Source of the DNA: Candidatus Ligilactobacillus excrementigallinarum
Lineage (GTDB): Bacteria; Bacillota; Bacilli; Lactobacillales; Lactobacillaceae
Direction of reading: 5' to 3'
NCBI GenBank assembly: GCA_019114385.1
Contig: DXFP01000007.1
Coordinates: 2,354 to 66,353, forward strand
DNA: 64,000 bases
Shown: one piece after another, positions 29,444-37,732 of the stretch
Position numbering within the stretch: the first letter of the stretch is position 1
How the letters are laid out: the number at the start of each line of letters is the position of its first letter
Notes under the pieces: generated by a model
What the model was told of the DNA's origin: nothing
What the model saw: only the letters and a program-made list of their open reading frames with translations
The model's database searches: none
Position numbers and translations under genes: made by a program

Positions 29444-31237
29444 ATGAAGAAAAAATTATTATCAGGAAGTTTTTGGATGATGATGGGCAGTATCCTATCT
29501 CGGATACTTGGAATCATCTATTTAATTCCTTGGTTAATGATGATGGGGAGTCTGGAACAGCGAAATGCGGCTCAAGCCATTTTTAACTCGGCTTACACGC
29601 CATATGCATTGTTCTTGGTTTTAAGCCAATCAGGATTTCCGTCGTCCATTGCGCGTCAGATTGCGGAATATAATAGTGAAAATAAATTTCGCAACAGTTT
29701 ACGTGTCTTTAAGTACGGTATGATGGTTATGCTGGGAATGGGAATCATTTCCGGGGTTATTTTCTGGGTAACTGCCCCATGGATTGCCGCTACTAGTCCG
29801 GTTGTCTCAGTTAAGGCCACTACCATTACTATTCGGTGCTGTGTGCCAGCATTGGTTATCTTACCGCCAATGAGTCTGATTCGAGGATTTTTCCAAGGTA
29901 ACTCTGATATGCAGCCATACGGAATTTCACAATTATGGGAACAATTGATGCGGGTAATCTTCATCATTGCAACCACATTTGTAATTATGGAAGTCTTTCA
30001 CGGCAGTTACTTGAAAGCTGTTAACTATAGTACATTTGCTGCTTTTGTGGGTGCGGTATTTAGTTTACTTTACTTGGTATACCACGGATTTAAGAAACGC
30101 AATGAATATCGTGAAATGTATGATGCCAGTTTACCGGCAGATAACAATCACATTCCAACGATTTTCAAAAATATCATTCATGATGCGATTCCGTTCGTTG
30201 TCATTGGTTCTGCAATTACGATTTTCCAATTTGTCGATCAAATGACCTTTAAGACTATTTCCGTCAACTTGATGGGAATGCCACTGAAAACCGCACGTGA
30301 CTTATTCACATACTTCTCAGCTAATCCAAACAAGATTACTGCGGTAGTAATTTCACTGACAACAGCAATCTCAGAAACTTCTTTGCCACTGCTTGCCCAA
30401 AAGCAAAGCCGCAAAGAAACAGGAAGTGTATTATCGCAAAACATCGAATTAAACTTAGCCTGCTTGATTCCAGCATCGATTTTACTGGCAATCTTGTCAT
30501 GGGAAGTCAATGGCATCTTCTTTGATTTCCAAAAACTTGGTTCTCAATTAATGTCATTCGCCCTGATCAACAGTATTATCTTGGCATTATTCATGAACTT
30601 CTTTACTGCAGTTCAATCAATGGGCTTTCAACGTTACGCGGTTAAGAAATTCGGTGTCGGTATCCTATTAAAGATTGCATTGCAAACTCCTGCAATCTAC
30701 TTCTTCGGTGCATTCGGTCCTACATTAGCAACTTCCGTAGCCTTCGGATTGGTTACATTAGATGTTTACTTAATGTTACGCCGGAATTATATTCAAAAAG
30801 GCCAACTTAAATACGCTTCTAAGATTTTGAAGATTAATATTGTTTTACTCGCAATTACCTTCATTATCAATAAATTGATTAAAATCTTCTTTATACCAGA
30901 ATCAAAAATCAGTGCCTTTATCTACTGTGTAGTAATTGCTGGAGCATTTGGTATCGCCTACCTAGCAGCTTTAAAGAAGACCAATTTATTAGGCGTCATC
31001 TTTGGTACAACTGAAGATGATAGTGCTCAAACTGATGAAGATATTATCTTAGAACCAGCTGCTGATTTTGAGTTGCAAAATGATGAACAAGCAGCCGGTG
31101 AACACTTTGCACCAGAAGATTTAAATGCTCCGCTTAAAAATGATAATCAAACAGAAGAAACATCCGTTTCAACACGGAAAGAAGATTATAAGAAGAAACG
31201 CAAATCTAGAAAGCCAAAAGGCAAACACTTTGCATAA
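29444..31237 (+). CDS. MOP-superfamily flippase (polysaccharide biosynthesis protein / YtgP-MurJ-like) with a charged C-terminal tail
   Basis: About 14 TM segments and an N-terminus (MKKKLLSGSFWMMMGSILSRILG) typical of the family. Start ATG 29444 follows GGAGAG. The last ~90 aa are acidic and then Lys/Arg-rich. Confidence 0.75.
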   Translation: MKKKLLSGSFWMMMGSILSRILGIIYLIPWLMMMGSLEQRNAAQAIFNSAYTPYALFLVLSQSGFPSSIARQIAEYNSENKFRNSLRVFKYGMMVMLGMGIISGVIFWVTAPWIAATSPVVSVKATTITIRCCVPALVILPPMSLIRGFFQGNSDMQPYGISQLWEQLMRVIFIIATTFVIMEVFHGSYLKAVNYSTFAAFVGAVFSLLYLVYHGFKKRNEYREMYDASLPADNNHIPTIFKNIIHDAIPFVVIGSAITIFQFVDQMTFKTISVNLMGMPLKTARDLFTYFSANPNKITAVVISLTTAISETSLPLLAQKQSRKETGSVLSQNIELNLACLIPASILLAILSWEVNGIFFDFQKLGSQLMSFALINSIILALFMNFFTAVQSMGFQRYAVKKFGVGILLKIALQTPAIYFFGAFGPTLATSVAFGLVTLDVYLMLRRNYIQKGQLKYASKILKINIVLLAITFIINKLIKIFFIPESKISAFIYCVVIAGAFGIAYLAALKKTNLLGVIFGTTEDDSAQTDEDIILEPAADFELQNDEQAAGEHFAPEDLNAPLKNDNQTEETSVSTRKEDYKKKRKSRKPKGKHFA

Positions 31238-31248
31238 TAAGTAATTTA

Positions 31249-31375
31249 GAAGATGTAACAAAACACCAAAAACGGGCATACTGTAAGAAAAAATGAACAT
31301 GTCTGTTTTGGAATCTGATTATGCAAAGATAAAAATAGAGATTGGACTTATGTCGCAATCTCTATTTTTTTACAA
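31249..31375 (+). repeat. Family-1 repeat, copy E (sense to the flippase gene; core deleted)
   Basis: AGAAGATGTAACAAAACACC...AACGGGCATACTG...GAACATGTCTGTTTTGGAATCTGATTATGCAAAGATAAAAATAGAGATTGGACTTATGTCGCAATCTCT plus a T-run. Confidence 0.8.
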
Positions 31376-31554
31376 AAAAATCCCCCACGAAGATAACTTC
31401 ATGGAGGAATTAAAGGTTTGTATCTGTTTATAGTGAACTTCTATAAACACTCATCATTATAACGCCTGAATGTTCAATTTCCAATAATAAAAAGCAACAT
31501 AATATGTATTTTCGTTAAACAAAATATGTTTCAATCAGCGTTTTATCAAACCTT

Positions 31555-32271
31555 CTATTTTTTCATGTCCAAAATCGTATATGCATGCTTTCCATTATAT
31601 GGATGGCGGTTGGTCGAAAATTCAAGCGGCTCCCCATTTTCCAAATAAACGGTTTGCTGAATCTGTAAAATGGGATCGTTTTTCTTTGATTTTAAATATT
31701 TTAAATCATCTTCATTAGTTTTTTCCGCTGAAATCCTTCGAAAAGCACTGCCGATTTTCAATTTCAAATCTTTTTGAATGTATTCATAAAGTGAGTGATG
31801 CAGAATATTTTCATTTAATCCAGGAACTAATCTTGCAGAAAGAAAAGTATGTTCGAAAACATACGGTTCACCTTCAACGATTCGCAATCGTTTGATTTCA
31901 TAAATCGGGTCTGTACTTTTGACCTTTAATTGATCTTGCAAAGTTTTGGTCGGGAAAACCACATCAAACTTGACGACCTGACTTTCAATCTTTTCGCCTA
32001 ACTCCTTTGTTAATCCTGCATATTCATTAAATGGCAAAGTATCCCGCTGATCAGCTGCGTTTTGCCGCACATACGTCCCTGATCCACGCTTTGAGTATAA
32101 AAATCCTTCATATGACAACATATCTAAAGCCTTTTTAACTGTCATCCGACTAGCATTAAATTCATTTGCTAATGCATTTTGATCAGGAATCGCCTTGCCA
32201 TTTTGATATGTTCCATCTTTGATACGTTTTTTAATAATATTAAAAATTTGCTTATACTTTGCTTCTGCCAT
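31555..32271 (-). CDS. GntR-family regulator (HTH plus UTRA)
   Basis: IPDQNALANEFNASRMTVKKAL wHTH and a UTRA C-terminal domain. Start ATG 32271 follows GGGGAAG. It lies downstream of the fructokinase gene on the same strand. Confidence 0.8.
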   Translation of the reverse strand: MAEAKYKQIFNIIKKRIKDGTYQNGKAIPDQNALANEFNASRMTVKKALDMLSYEGFLYSKRGSGTYVRQNAADQRDTLPFNEYAGLTKELGEKIESQVVKFDVVFPTKTLQDQLKVKSTDPIYEIKRLRIVEGEPYVFEHTFLSARLVPGLNENILHHSLYEYIQKDLKLKIGSAFRRISAEKTNEDDLKYLKSKKNDPILQIQQTVYLENGEPLEFSTNRHPYNGKHAYTILDMKK

Positions 32272-32332
32272 TATTCTCACTTCCCCAGAGTATCTTTAAT
32301 TTACAAAAAAGAGGCACAATGCCCCTTTCAAG

Positions 32333-33214
32333 TTACTTGTTTGCTTTCTTAGCTTCTTCCATTGCTAACAACAAGCAGCCTGTAATTCCTGCATCATCGC
32401 CTAATGCGCAGTGAACGATGTATTCATCTAAATCAGGTGTCTTGATGTAGCCGTTCATTAATTTCTTAAATTCTTCACGAATCATTGGGAAGAGTTGTTC
32501 TTGTTTTGAAACTCCACCACCAAAAATAATTTTTTCAGGTGACAAAATTAAAGTGTAGTCCATGCAAGCTTGAGCTAAGTAATAAGCCACAATTTGCCAG
32601 TCTTTGTCATCTTTAGGAATATCATATGCTTTAACACCGTGGTGCCGTGCTTCGATTGCAGGACCAGCTGTCATTCCTTCCAAGCAGTCGTGATGATATG
32701 GGCATAAGCCTTCAAAAGTATCTTCTGGGTGGCGCCGTAACAAGATGTGGCCCATTTCTGGATGACCGTAACCTTCAAGCAGCTTGCCATTGACAACACC
32801 ACCACCGCCAACGCCAGTTCCTACTGTTAAATAAACACAACTTTCTTTACCTTGAGCTGCGCCACGTTTTAATTCGCCGTATGCAGCAACATTAACGTCC
32901 GTTGTCCACACATATGATACGTCGAAGCGTTTCTTCATTTCACCTAAGAAGTCATAATTTGCCCAGCCTTTCTTAGGCGTGGTTGTAATGTAACCGTATG
33001 TATCAGAATTTCTATTAACATCGATGGGACCAAATGAGCCGATTCCAATTGCTTCCACTGGATTTTCTTCAAAGAACTTGAAAACTTCCGCCATTGTTTC
33101 TGCAGGAACAGTTGTTGGAATCTTAACTCTCTTCAAAATATTTAAATCTTCATCGCAAACTGCACAAACAAATTTTGTACCGCCTGCTTCAATCGCACCA
33201 TATAATTTACTCAT
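32333..33214 (-). CDS. scrK: ROK-family fructokinase
   Basis: N-terminal GAIEAGGTKFVCAV, an ROK signature region and a Cys/His zinc motif (CPYHHDCLEG). Start ATG 33214 follows GGAG. Confidence 0.85.
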   Translation of the reverse strand: MSKLYGAIEAGGTKFVCAVCDEDLNILKRVKIPTTVPAETMAEVFKFFEENPVEAIGIGSFGPIDVNRNSDTYGYITTTPKKGWANYDFLGEMKKRFDVSYVWTTDVNVAAYGELKRGAAQGKESCVYLTVGTGVGGGGVVNGKLLEGYGHPEMGHILLRRHPEDTFEGLCPYHHDCLEGMTAGPAIEARHHGVKAYDIPKDDKDWQIVAYYLAQACMDYTLILSPEKIIFGGGVSKQEQLFPMIREEFKKLMNGYIKTPDLDEYIVHCALGDDAGITGCLLLAMEEAKKANK

Positions 33215-33238
33215 TGCAATAATCTCCAATTCTTATAA

Positions 33239-33253
33239 AAGTAATCGCTTTCT
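33239..33253. promoter_or_regulatory. Candidate cre site upstream of the fructokinase gene
   Basis: AAGTAATCGCTTTCT has one mismatch to WTGNAANCGNWNNCW. It lies 25 nt upstream of the start codon. Confidence 0.45.
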
Positions 33254-33362
33254 TTATTTTACTGCAAATCCCTTGCAAATAAAAGTGGATTTATCTTTTA
33301 TTTTAAATCATTCAAAAAATCAGTATAATAAATATTAGAAAATCACAGAAAGAAGGATTACT

Positions 33363-33752
33363 ATGCGGGTAAGACGCATTGATCATATTGTTTTAACCGT
33401 CAGCAACATCGAAAAAGCCACACGATTCTACCACGAAGTTTTCGATATGCCAGTCATTGAAGACCAAACTGACGAAAATGTAACGACTTTACGCTGCGGA
33501 CATCAATTGATTCGCTTACAAAAAGCCGACCGCCCAACTGATTTAAAAGCTAAGAATCCAACCATTGGGGCAGCCGACTTATGCATTGTCGTTGGCGATG
33601 ATATTGAAGATGTTGAAAATCACTTGAAAAGTTACTTTGTAAATATTGTTGAAGGACCTGAAAAGAAATTGGGTTCTGAAGGTGAAATGACATCGATTTA
33701 CATTACCGATGATGATCAAAACTTGATTGAAATTTCATCATATAAAAAGTAA
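33363..33752 (+). CDS. VOC/glyoxalase-family protein
   Basis: 129 aa. IDHIVLTV followed by a beta-alpha-beta-beta-beta pattern typical of the glyoxalase/bleomycin-resistance fold. Confidence 0.75.
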   Translation: MRVRRIDHIVLTVSNIEKATRFYHEVFDMPVIEDQTDENVTTLRCGHQLIRLQKADRPTDLKAKNPTIGAADLCIVVGDDIEDVENHLKSYFVNIVEGPEKKLGSEGEMTSIYITDDDQNLIEISSYKK

Positions 33753-33754
33753 AA

Positions 33755-33906
33755 AATAGAGGCTGTGACATAAGTCCAGCCTCTATTTTTATCTCTGCAT
33801 AATCAGAAAGAACATGTTCACAAGTTTTAAAACTTCTGAACCAATCCTACATAATTTATACATTCTTTTCTTACAATTTATCCGCTCTTTAAGTTTTGTC
33901 ACACTC
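33755..33906 (-). repeat. Family-1 repeat, copy F (degenerate full length, sense to the SDR gene)
   Basis: AGAGGCTGTGACATAAGTCCAGCCTCT...CTGCATAATCAG...CCAATCCTACATAATT...TTAAGTTTTGTCACACTCTC. The left-hairpin remnant abuts the SDR stop codon. Confidence 0.8.
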
Positions 33907-34659
33907 TCATTTTTCTAACCAGCCACCATCAATCGGCACAGCTGTTCCATGAATGTAATCTGCTCGCGGACTAGCTAAAAACATAGTTAATTGTGCTACT
34001 TCAGCGGGTTGAGCCCATCTTTTAGCAGGAGTTTCACTTGCGACCCATTTAGCCATATGGGCATCGCCAGCAAAATCTGCAGCATTCATTGGTGTATCGA
34101 TTGCCCCTGGTGCAATGCAATTAGCACGAATCCCTTGAGCCGCATAATCATAATCAAGTTGTTTAGTATAGCCGATAATTCCGGCTTTAGCTGCAGTATA
34201 AGCTGCTCCACCGCCACCAGCAACCAAGCCAGCAATCGAAGCCATATTAACAATTGTTCCATGCTTCTGAGCTAACATTGTTGGCAACACTAAATTAGTG
34301 ATTAAAAACATACTTTTCAAGTTAGTGTTAAAAATATTGTCCCATTGTTCTTCTGTTGTTTCTAATGTGGGGGCAAAACCATCTAAAATCCCAGCAGTAT
34401 TCAATAAAATATCAATTGAATTTTCAGCTAAAATCGGTTTTAGCCATCTGTTAACTGATTCACGTTTACGAACATCACACTGAGTAAAATAAAAATTATC
34501 AAATTGTTTCAATTCCGTTATTTGCTCATTGAGATTAATGTCTGCTCCGAAAACAATTGCTCCAGCTTCAAGCATTGCTTTAGCTTGTTCAAAGCCAATC
34601 CCAGAAGCAATCCCAGTAATAACAACCTTTTGTCCCTCAAACTCTGGATATAAATTCAT
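33907..34659 (-). CDS. Classical short-chain dehydrogenase/reductase
   Basis: TGIASGIG cofactor motif, NTAG, and a catalytic Ser...YTAAK. The ATG at 34659 overlaps the stop of the upstream DUF2829 gene (TAATG). Confidence 0.85.
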   Translation of the reverse strand: MNLYPEFEGQKVVITGIASGIGFEQAKAMLEAGAIVFGADINLNEQITELKQFDNFYFTQCDVRKRESVNRWLKPILAENSIDILLNTAGILDGFAPTLETTEEQWDNIFNTNLKSMFLITNLVLPTMLAQKHGTIVNMASIAGLVAGGGGAAYTAAKAGIIGYTKQLDYDYAAQGIRANCIAPGAIDTPMNAADFAGDAHMAKWVASETPAKRWAQPAEVAQLTMFLASPRADYIHGTAVPIDGGWLEK

Positions 34660-34886
34660 TAATCTACTAACTTCCAATCATCTGCTAATACATCGCATGA
34701 AGTTGGCATAAATTGTGATAATGAAGGTTGTTCTTTAGTTTTAATCATCAAATATGGATTAACGGCTTCACCATTGTAAGTATCATTATTTACTACAAAA
34801 ATATATTCTTCAGAGCCGCCCCAACCTTCAGTTCGAACTGCTTTCTTACCTTTTTTCAATTCTGGTAAAACTTCTTCAAATGTCAT
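34659..34886 (-). CDS. DUF2829 (Tad2-like) small protein
   Basis: 75 aa. The N-terminus MTFEEVLPELKKGKKAVRTEGW and the C-terminal DVLADDWKLV match my recollection of the DUF2829 family pattern. RBS GGAGGA lies 14 nt after the queT stop. Confidence 0.7.
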   Translation of the reverse strand: MTFEEVLPELKKGKKAVRTEGWGGSEEYIFVVNNDTYNGEAVNPYLMIKTKEQPSLSQFMPTSCDVLADDWKLVD

Positions 34887-34900
34887 CTGTTTTCCTCCAA

Positions 34901-35401
34901 CTATTTTGTTAAATCAATTCTTTTACTAATAATTCCAATCACAAATGCTCCAATTACCATTGAAACAAATTCACCAATTGCAACTGTTAAGTATGTAGGC
35001 CAAAATGGCAAATGACTGACATAGTGCAACTCTAATGCAACTGTCCATGTCATCAATGTACATACAACTACTGCAATAGTTAATTTTCCAGTCGTTGACT
35101 TAACCTTCCGGCTTAATAAATAACTTAAACCTGTCATTAGCAGTGTTCCTAATGAGCCAAAAATTACATCTACAATTCCTAGTGGAGAAAAGCAATTAGC
35201 AATTGCACAGCCAATTGTTAATGCCCAAATGTAACGCTTATTAAACACTGCTAAATTATTAAAGATTTCTGAAATTCTGAATTGAATACTGCCATAGCTA
35301 ATCGGTGCCAACAGTAATGTCACCGCAGCATATAATGCAGCCACGATTCCAGCTTTAGTTAATCCTAATAACTTTTGATTTTTGGTTCTCACAGGTACCA
35401 T
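34901..35401 (-). CDS. queT: Queuosine-precursor transporter QueT (ECF S-component-like)
   Basis: 166 aa with 5-6 TM segments and the QueT/COG4708 pattern (SIQFRISE, NKRYIWALTIG). A preQ1 aptamer lies immediately upstream. Confidence 0.8.
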   Translation of the reverse strand: MVPVRTKNQKLLGLTKAGIVAALYAAVTLLLAPISYGSIQFRISEIFNNLAVFNKRYIWALTIGCAIANCFSPLGIVDVIFGSLGTLLMTGLSYLLSRKVKSTTGKLTIAVVVCTLMTWTVALELHYVSHLPFWPTYLTVAIGEFVSMVIGAFVIGIISKRIDLTK

Positions 35402-35404
35402 ACC

Positions 35405-35447
35405 TCTCTCTAGTTTTTTTAAGTGGGATTTTCGCGAACCACTCGCC
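35405..35447 (-). promoter_or_regulatory. preQ1 riboswitch (class I-like aptamer) overlapping the queT RBS
   Basis: Minus strand GAGUGGUUCGCGAAAAUCCCACUUAAAAAAACUAGAGAGAGG-N4-AUG. It has a 5-bp stem, a loop starting UUC, CCC on the 3' side, and an A-rich tail ending ACUAG that runs into the Shine-Dalgarno sequence. The P2 pseudoknot pairing was not verified by eye. Confidence 0.7.
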
Positions 35448-35499
35448 TTTAAGTATATAACAAAACGATTCTCGAATTCAAAGTGCTATATTTGCAAAT

Positions 35500-35526
35500 A
35501 AAAAAACGAGATTCAAAAAAATCCCG
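35500..35526 (-). terminator. Weak intrinsic terminator after degV
   Basis: Minus strand CGGGATT-tttt-GAATCTCG (one G-U pair) followed by TTTTTTT. Confidence 0.4.
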
Positions 35527-35535
35527 TTTCGATTT

Positions 35536-36396
35536 CTAATGCCAACTGATCACCATGCTGTCAGCTCCTGTATAGGCCATCATTGACAGCGGCAAGTCAT
35601 GCAAACTAATTTTAGCTACTGGAAAGACCCGCTTCAATAACGCAATCAAGCGTGAAATTATCTGATCATTTTTCTTTGACCGAATCGCTGTGATTGAAAT
35701 TTGCAGTTCACCCGTCATTTCCTGATAAGCCGGAGCAATTCGCCATCGAATTTCCCTAAATAAGCGACTGTATTGCGAATAAGTATTTATTACTTCAAGC
35801 TGGCCCTTATCTTGGAAACTCATCAACGTTTTCGGTTTAAAGAATGTCTTTTCAACCGGCGAAACTCCATTCTTGATGTATCCGTTAGTTGAAATATGAC
35901 GCAAACTTTTCATTACTATCAATGTCTGCATCTCATCTCTAATTTGCAAAATAACCGACTTAATTTCATTCCAAGTCTGTCCTTCACTGACCATCTCACC
36001 GACAAGCTCAGTCAAGCGTCCTTCAGCAATTCCAAATGAATATGAATCAACCAAGTGAATTTTAAGTTCACTATGTTTAATTGCATACGAACGCAAATTG
36101 TCGCCTAAACCGCTGATACTATTATCAATGTGCACGCAAATTACATCCGTATAATCTTTTTCCACCAATCCATCGATTACTTCTTGGATTGCATCTACCG
36201 ACACTTGTCCCGGAGTTAAGAAATTTTTTTTGCTTTGCCGCAACTCATTTCTTAATTCCATGCGATCATGGTTATACTTCTCATAATATGTTTTGCCTTC
36301 AATCAATAACGGCAATGGCAGCGTTTTAATATTAAATTTTCGTTTTACTTGTGGATCAATAATCGATGCACTGTCCGTAAGCACTGCAGTTTTCAT
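35536..36396 (-). CDS. DegV-family fatty-acid-binding protein
   Basis: MKTAVLTDSAS N-terminus typical of DegV. About 286 aa. The start could instead be ATG 36405. Confidence 0.85.
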   Translation of the reverse strand: MKTAVLTDSASIIDPQVKRKFNIKTLPLPLLIEGKTYYEKYNHDRMELRNELRQSKKNFLTPGQVSVDAIQEVIDGLVEKDYTDVICVHIDNSISGLGDNLRSYAIKHSELKIHLVDSYSFGIAEGRLTELVGEMVSEGQTWNEIKSVILQIRDEMQTLIVMKSLRHISTNGYIKNGVSPVEKTFFKPKTLMSFQDKGQLEVINTYSQYSRLFREIRWRIAPAYQEMTGELQISITAIRSKKNDQIISRLIALLKRVFPVAKISLHDLPLSMMAYTGADSMVISWH

Positions 36397-36459
36397 ATAA
36401 ACCATCCAATTTATTTTATAATTCCGTTTTCAAATTTCACTTACTATCTTAACATATTA

Positions 36460-36816
36460 TCAAATGCAATGTGCGCCCAGAGCAAATCCTAAGAATGCAC
36501 AGCAAATACCGCCAAGATAACTGATAAGTCCGTACAAAATTGCTCCACGATAGTTTTTGTCATTAATTAAGCTGAACAATTCAGTGTTAAACGTTGAAAA
36601 AGTCGTATAGCCGCCTAGAAATCCAGTTCCTAAAACTGCATATTGAAATTGATCAGCCTGCACTCCAACTAATAATCCAAGCAGCAATGCTCCTGATAAA
36701 TTTAACAGCATTGTCGCAAATGGAAAATCAAGATGCTGATGTTTTTTAATTAAATTTGTTAAAAAGTAACGGACACATGCGCCGCAACTTGCACCTAAGC
36801 CAAGCATTACAATCAT
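36460..36816 (-). CDS. crcB: Fluoride channel subunit CrcB (second paralogue)
   Basis: 118 aa with 4 TM segments and a GGYTTFSTF motif. Its ATG overlaps the upstream crcB stop (TAATG). Confidence 0.9.
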   Translation of the reverse strand: MIVMLGLGASCGACVRYFLTNLIKKHQHLDFPFATMLLNLSGALLLGLLVGVQADQFQYAVLGTGFLGGYTTFSTFNTELFSLINDKNYRGAILYGLISYLGGICCAFLGFALGAHCI

Positions 36817-37205
36817 TAGAATTCACCTTTCTGCCGTTTAACCAATTTCGTTGCTAACCAATATGCAAGCAATACACATAAAAAGCCGCCAAGCATACTA
36901 ATGCTCAAATATAGGAAAGCATGCAATAATTGATGCGCATTAATCAATTTCATAAAGTCTACCGTGAAAGATGAAAAGGTAGTAAATGAACCGATAAAAC
37001 CTGTTCCTAGGCCGACATTCAACCAGTTTGCCAATAAATCACGTTCAATCACATAGTATATTAAAAATGCCAGCAAGAAACAGCCTACTAAATTAGCAAC
37101 AATTGTGCCGTTACTTTGCCATAATTTACCTAAATAATACCGGCTAATCCCGCCAAAAAAGGCAAAGAAAGCCACACTCAAATAATTCTTCAATTTATCA
37201 CTCAT
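36816..37205 (-). CDS. crcB: Fluoride channel subunit CrcB (first paralogue)
   Basis: 129 aa with 4 TM segments and a GSFTTFSSF motif. It is paired with the second CrcB, as is typical of heterodimeric Fluc in Firmicutes. Confidence 0.9.
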   Translation of the reverse strand: MSDKLKNYLSVAFFAFFGGISRYYLGKLWQSNGTIVANLVGCFLLAFLIYYVIERDLLANWLNVGLGTGFIGSFTTFSSFTVDFMKLINAHQLLHAFLYLSISMLGGFLCVLLAYWLATKLVKRQKGEF

Positions 37206-37207
37206 GC

Positions 37208-37540
37208 TTAATCCTCTGCTTGATAATCTGCAATTTTCTTTGTTAAATATTTTTCAAATTGGGCTTTAGGCTTATAACCTGTCACCTTTTCTTTTGCCTG
37301 TCCATCAATGAATAAGATTTGAGCAGGAATATTCTGAATACCAAATTTTTCAGCTAATTCCATTTGCTTTTCAACGTCAACCTTTGCAAACTTTATTTGA
37401 TTGCCGAATTCATCTTCCAACTGTTCTAATATTGGATTCAACATCTTGCATGGCTGACACCAATCTGCCCAGAAATCAACCATTACCAAGCCATCTTGCG
37501 TTTCAGTTTCAAAATTTTTCGCAGTTAAATTGACCGCCAT
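37208..37540 (-). CDS. Thioredoxin-family protein with a CQPC active site
   Basis: 110 aa with DFWADWCQPCK (CxxC) and a thioredoxin fold pattern. Its stop lies 2 nt before the crcB start. Confidence 0.85.
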   Translation of the reverse strand: MAVNLTAKNFETETQDGLVMVDFWADWCQPCKMLNPILEQLEDEFGNQIKFAKVDVEKQMELAEKFGIQNIPAQILFIDGQAKEKVTGYKPKAQFEKYLTKKIADYQAED

Positions 37541-37633
37541 CGTTCCACTTCCTTAGTTAGTTTCGTATCTTTCTATTTTACTCTTGAGCTTTCAATCCGG
37601 CAAGCATATCAGATAGAAGCTGTTTTTTATCTG

Positions 37634-37681
37634 AAAAACAAAGAATGCACAATCATCAGCATGAGTTGTGATGATTGTGCA
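37634..37681 (-). terminator. Intrinsic terminator of the MFS transporter gene
   Basis: Minus strand TGCACAATCATCA-caactcatgc-TGATGATTGTGCA followed by TTCTTTGTTTTT. Confidence 0.75.
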
Positions 37682-37689
37682 TATTGAGC

Positions 37690-37732
37690 ATCGTAAGTTT
37701 ATACCACGCTTAGCTTAGCACTCTGCGTATCC
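37690..37732 (-). repeat. Family-2 repeat fragment x, abutting the MFS stop codon
   Basis: Minus strand TAAGGATACGCAGAGTGCTAAGCTAAGCGTGGTATAAACTTACG matches the 5' part of copies b and c. Confidence 0.7.

Noticed and set aside
30990-31237. The acidic-then-basic ~80-aa C-terminal tail of the MOP flippase as a separate gene or domain
   Set aside because: It is continuous in frame with the membrane domain and has no internal RBS or start. It is most simply a disordered cytoplasmic tail.
35402-35480. Class II (COG4708-type) preQ1 riboswitch upstream of queT
   Set aside because: I first expected class II because of the Lactobacillales/queT context. I could not find the upstream pyrimidine strand needed to pair with the SD region. 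The visible stem-loop plus A-rich ACUAG tail fits the compact class I aptamer better, and the predicted promoter leaves room only for a ~50-nt leader.
37541-37640. Fluoride (crcB-motif) riboswitch upstream of the trx-crcB-crcB operon
   Set aside because: The leader lacks the conserved GGnGAUG...CUGAUGnnnCCUAC-type elements. The only CTGATGA-containing hairpin (37646-37681) is the terminator of the upstream MFS gene.
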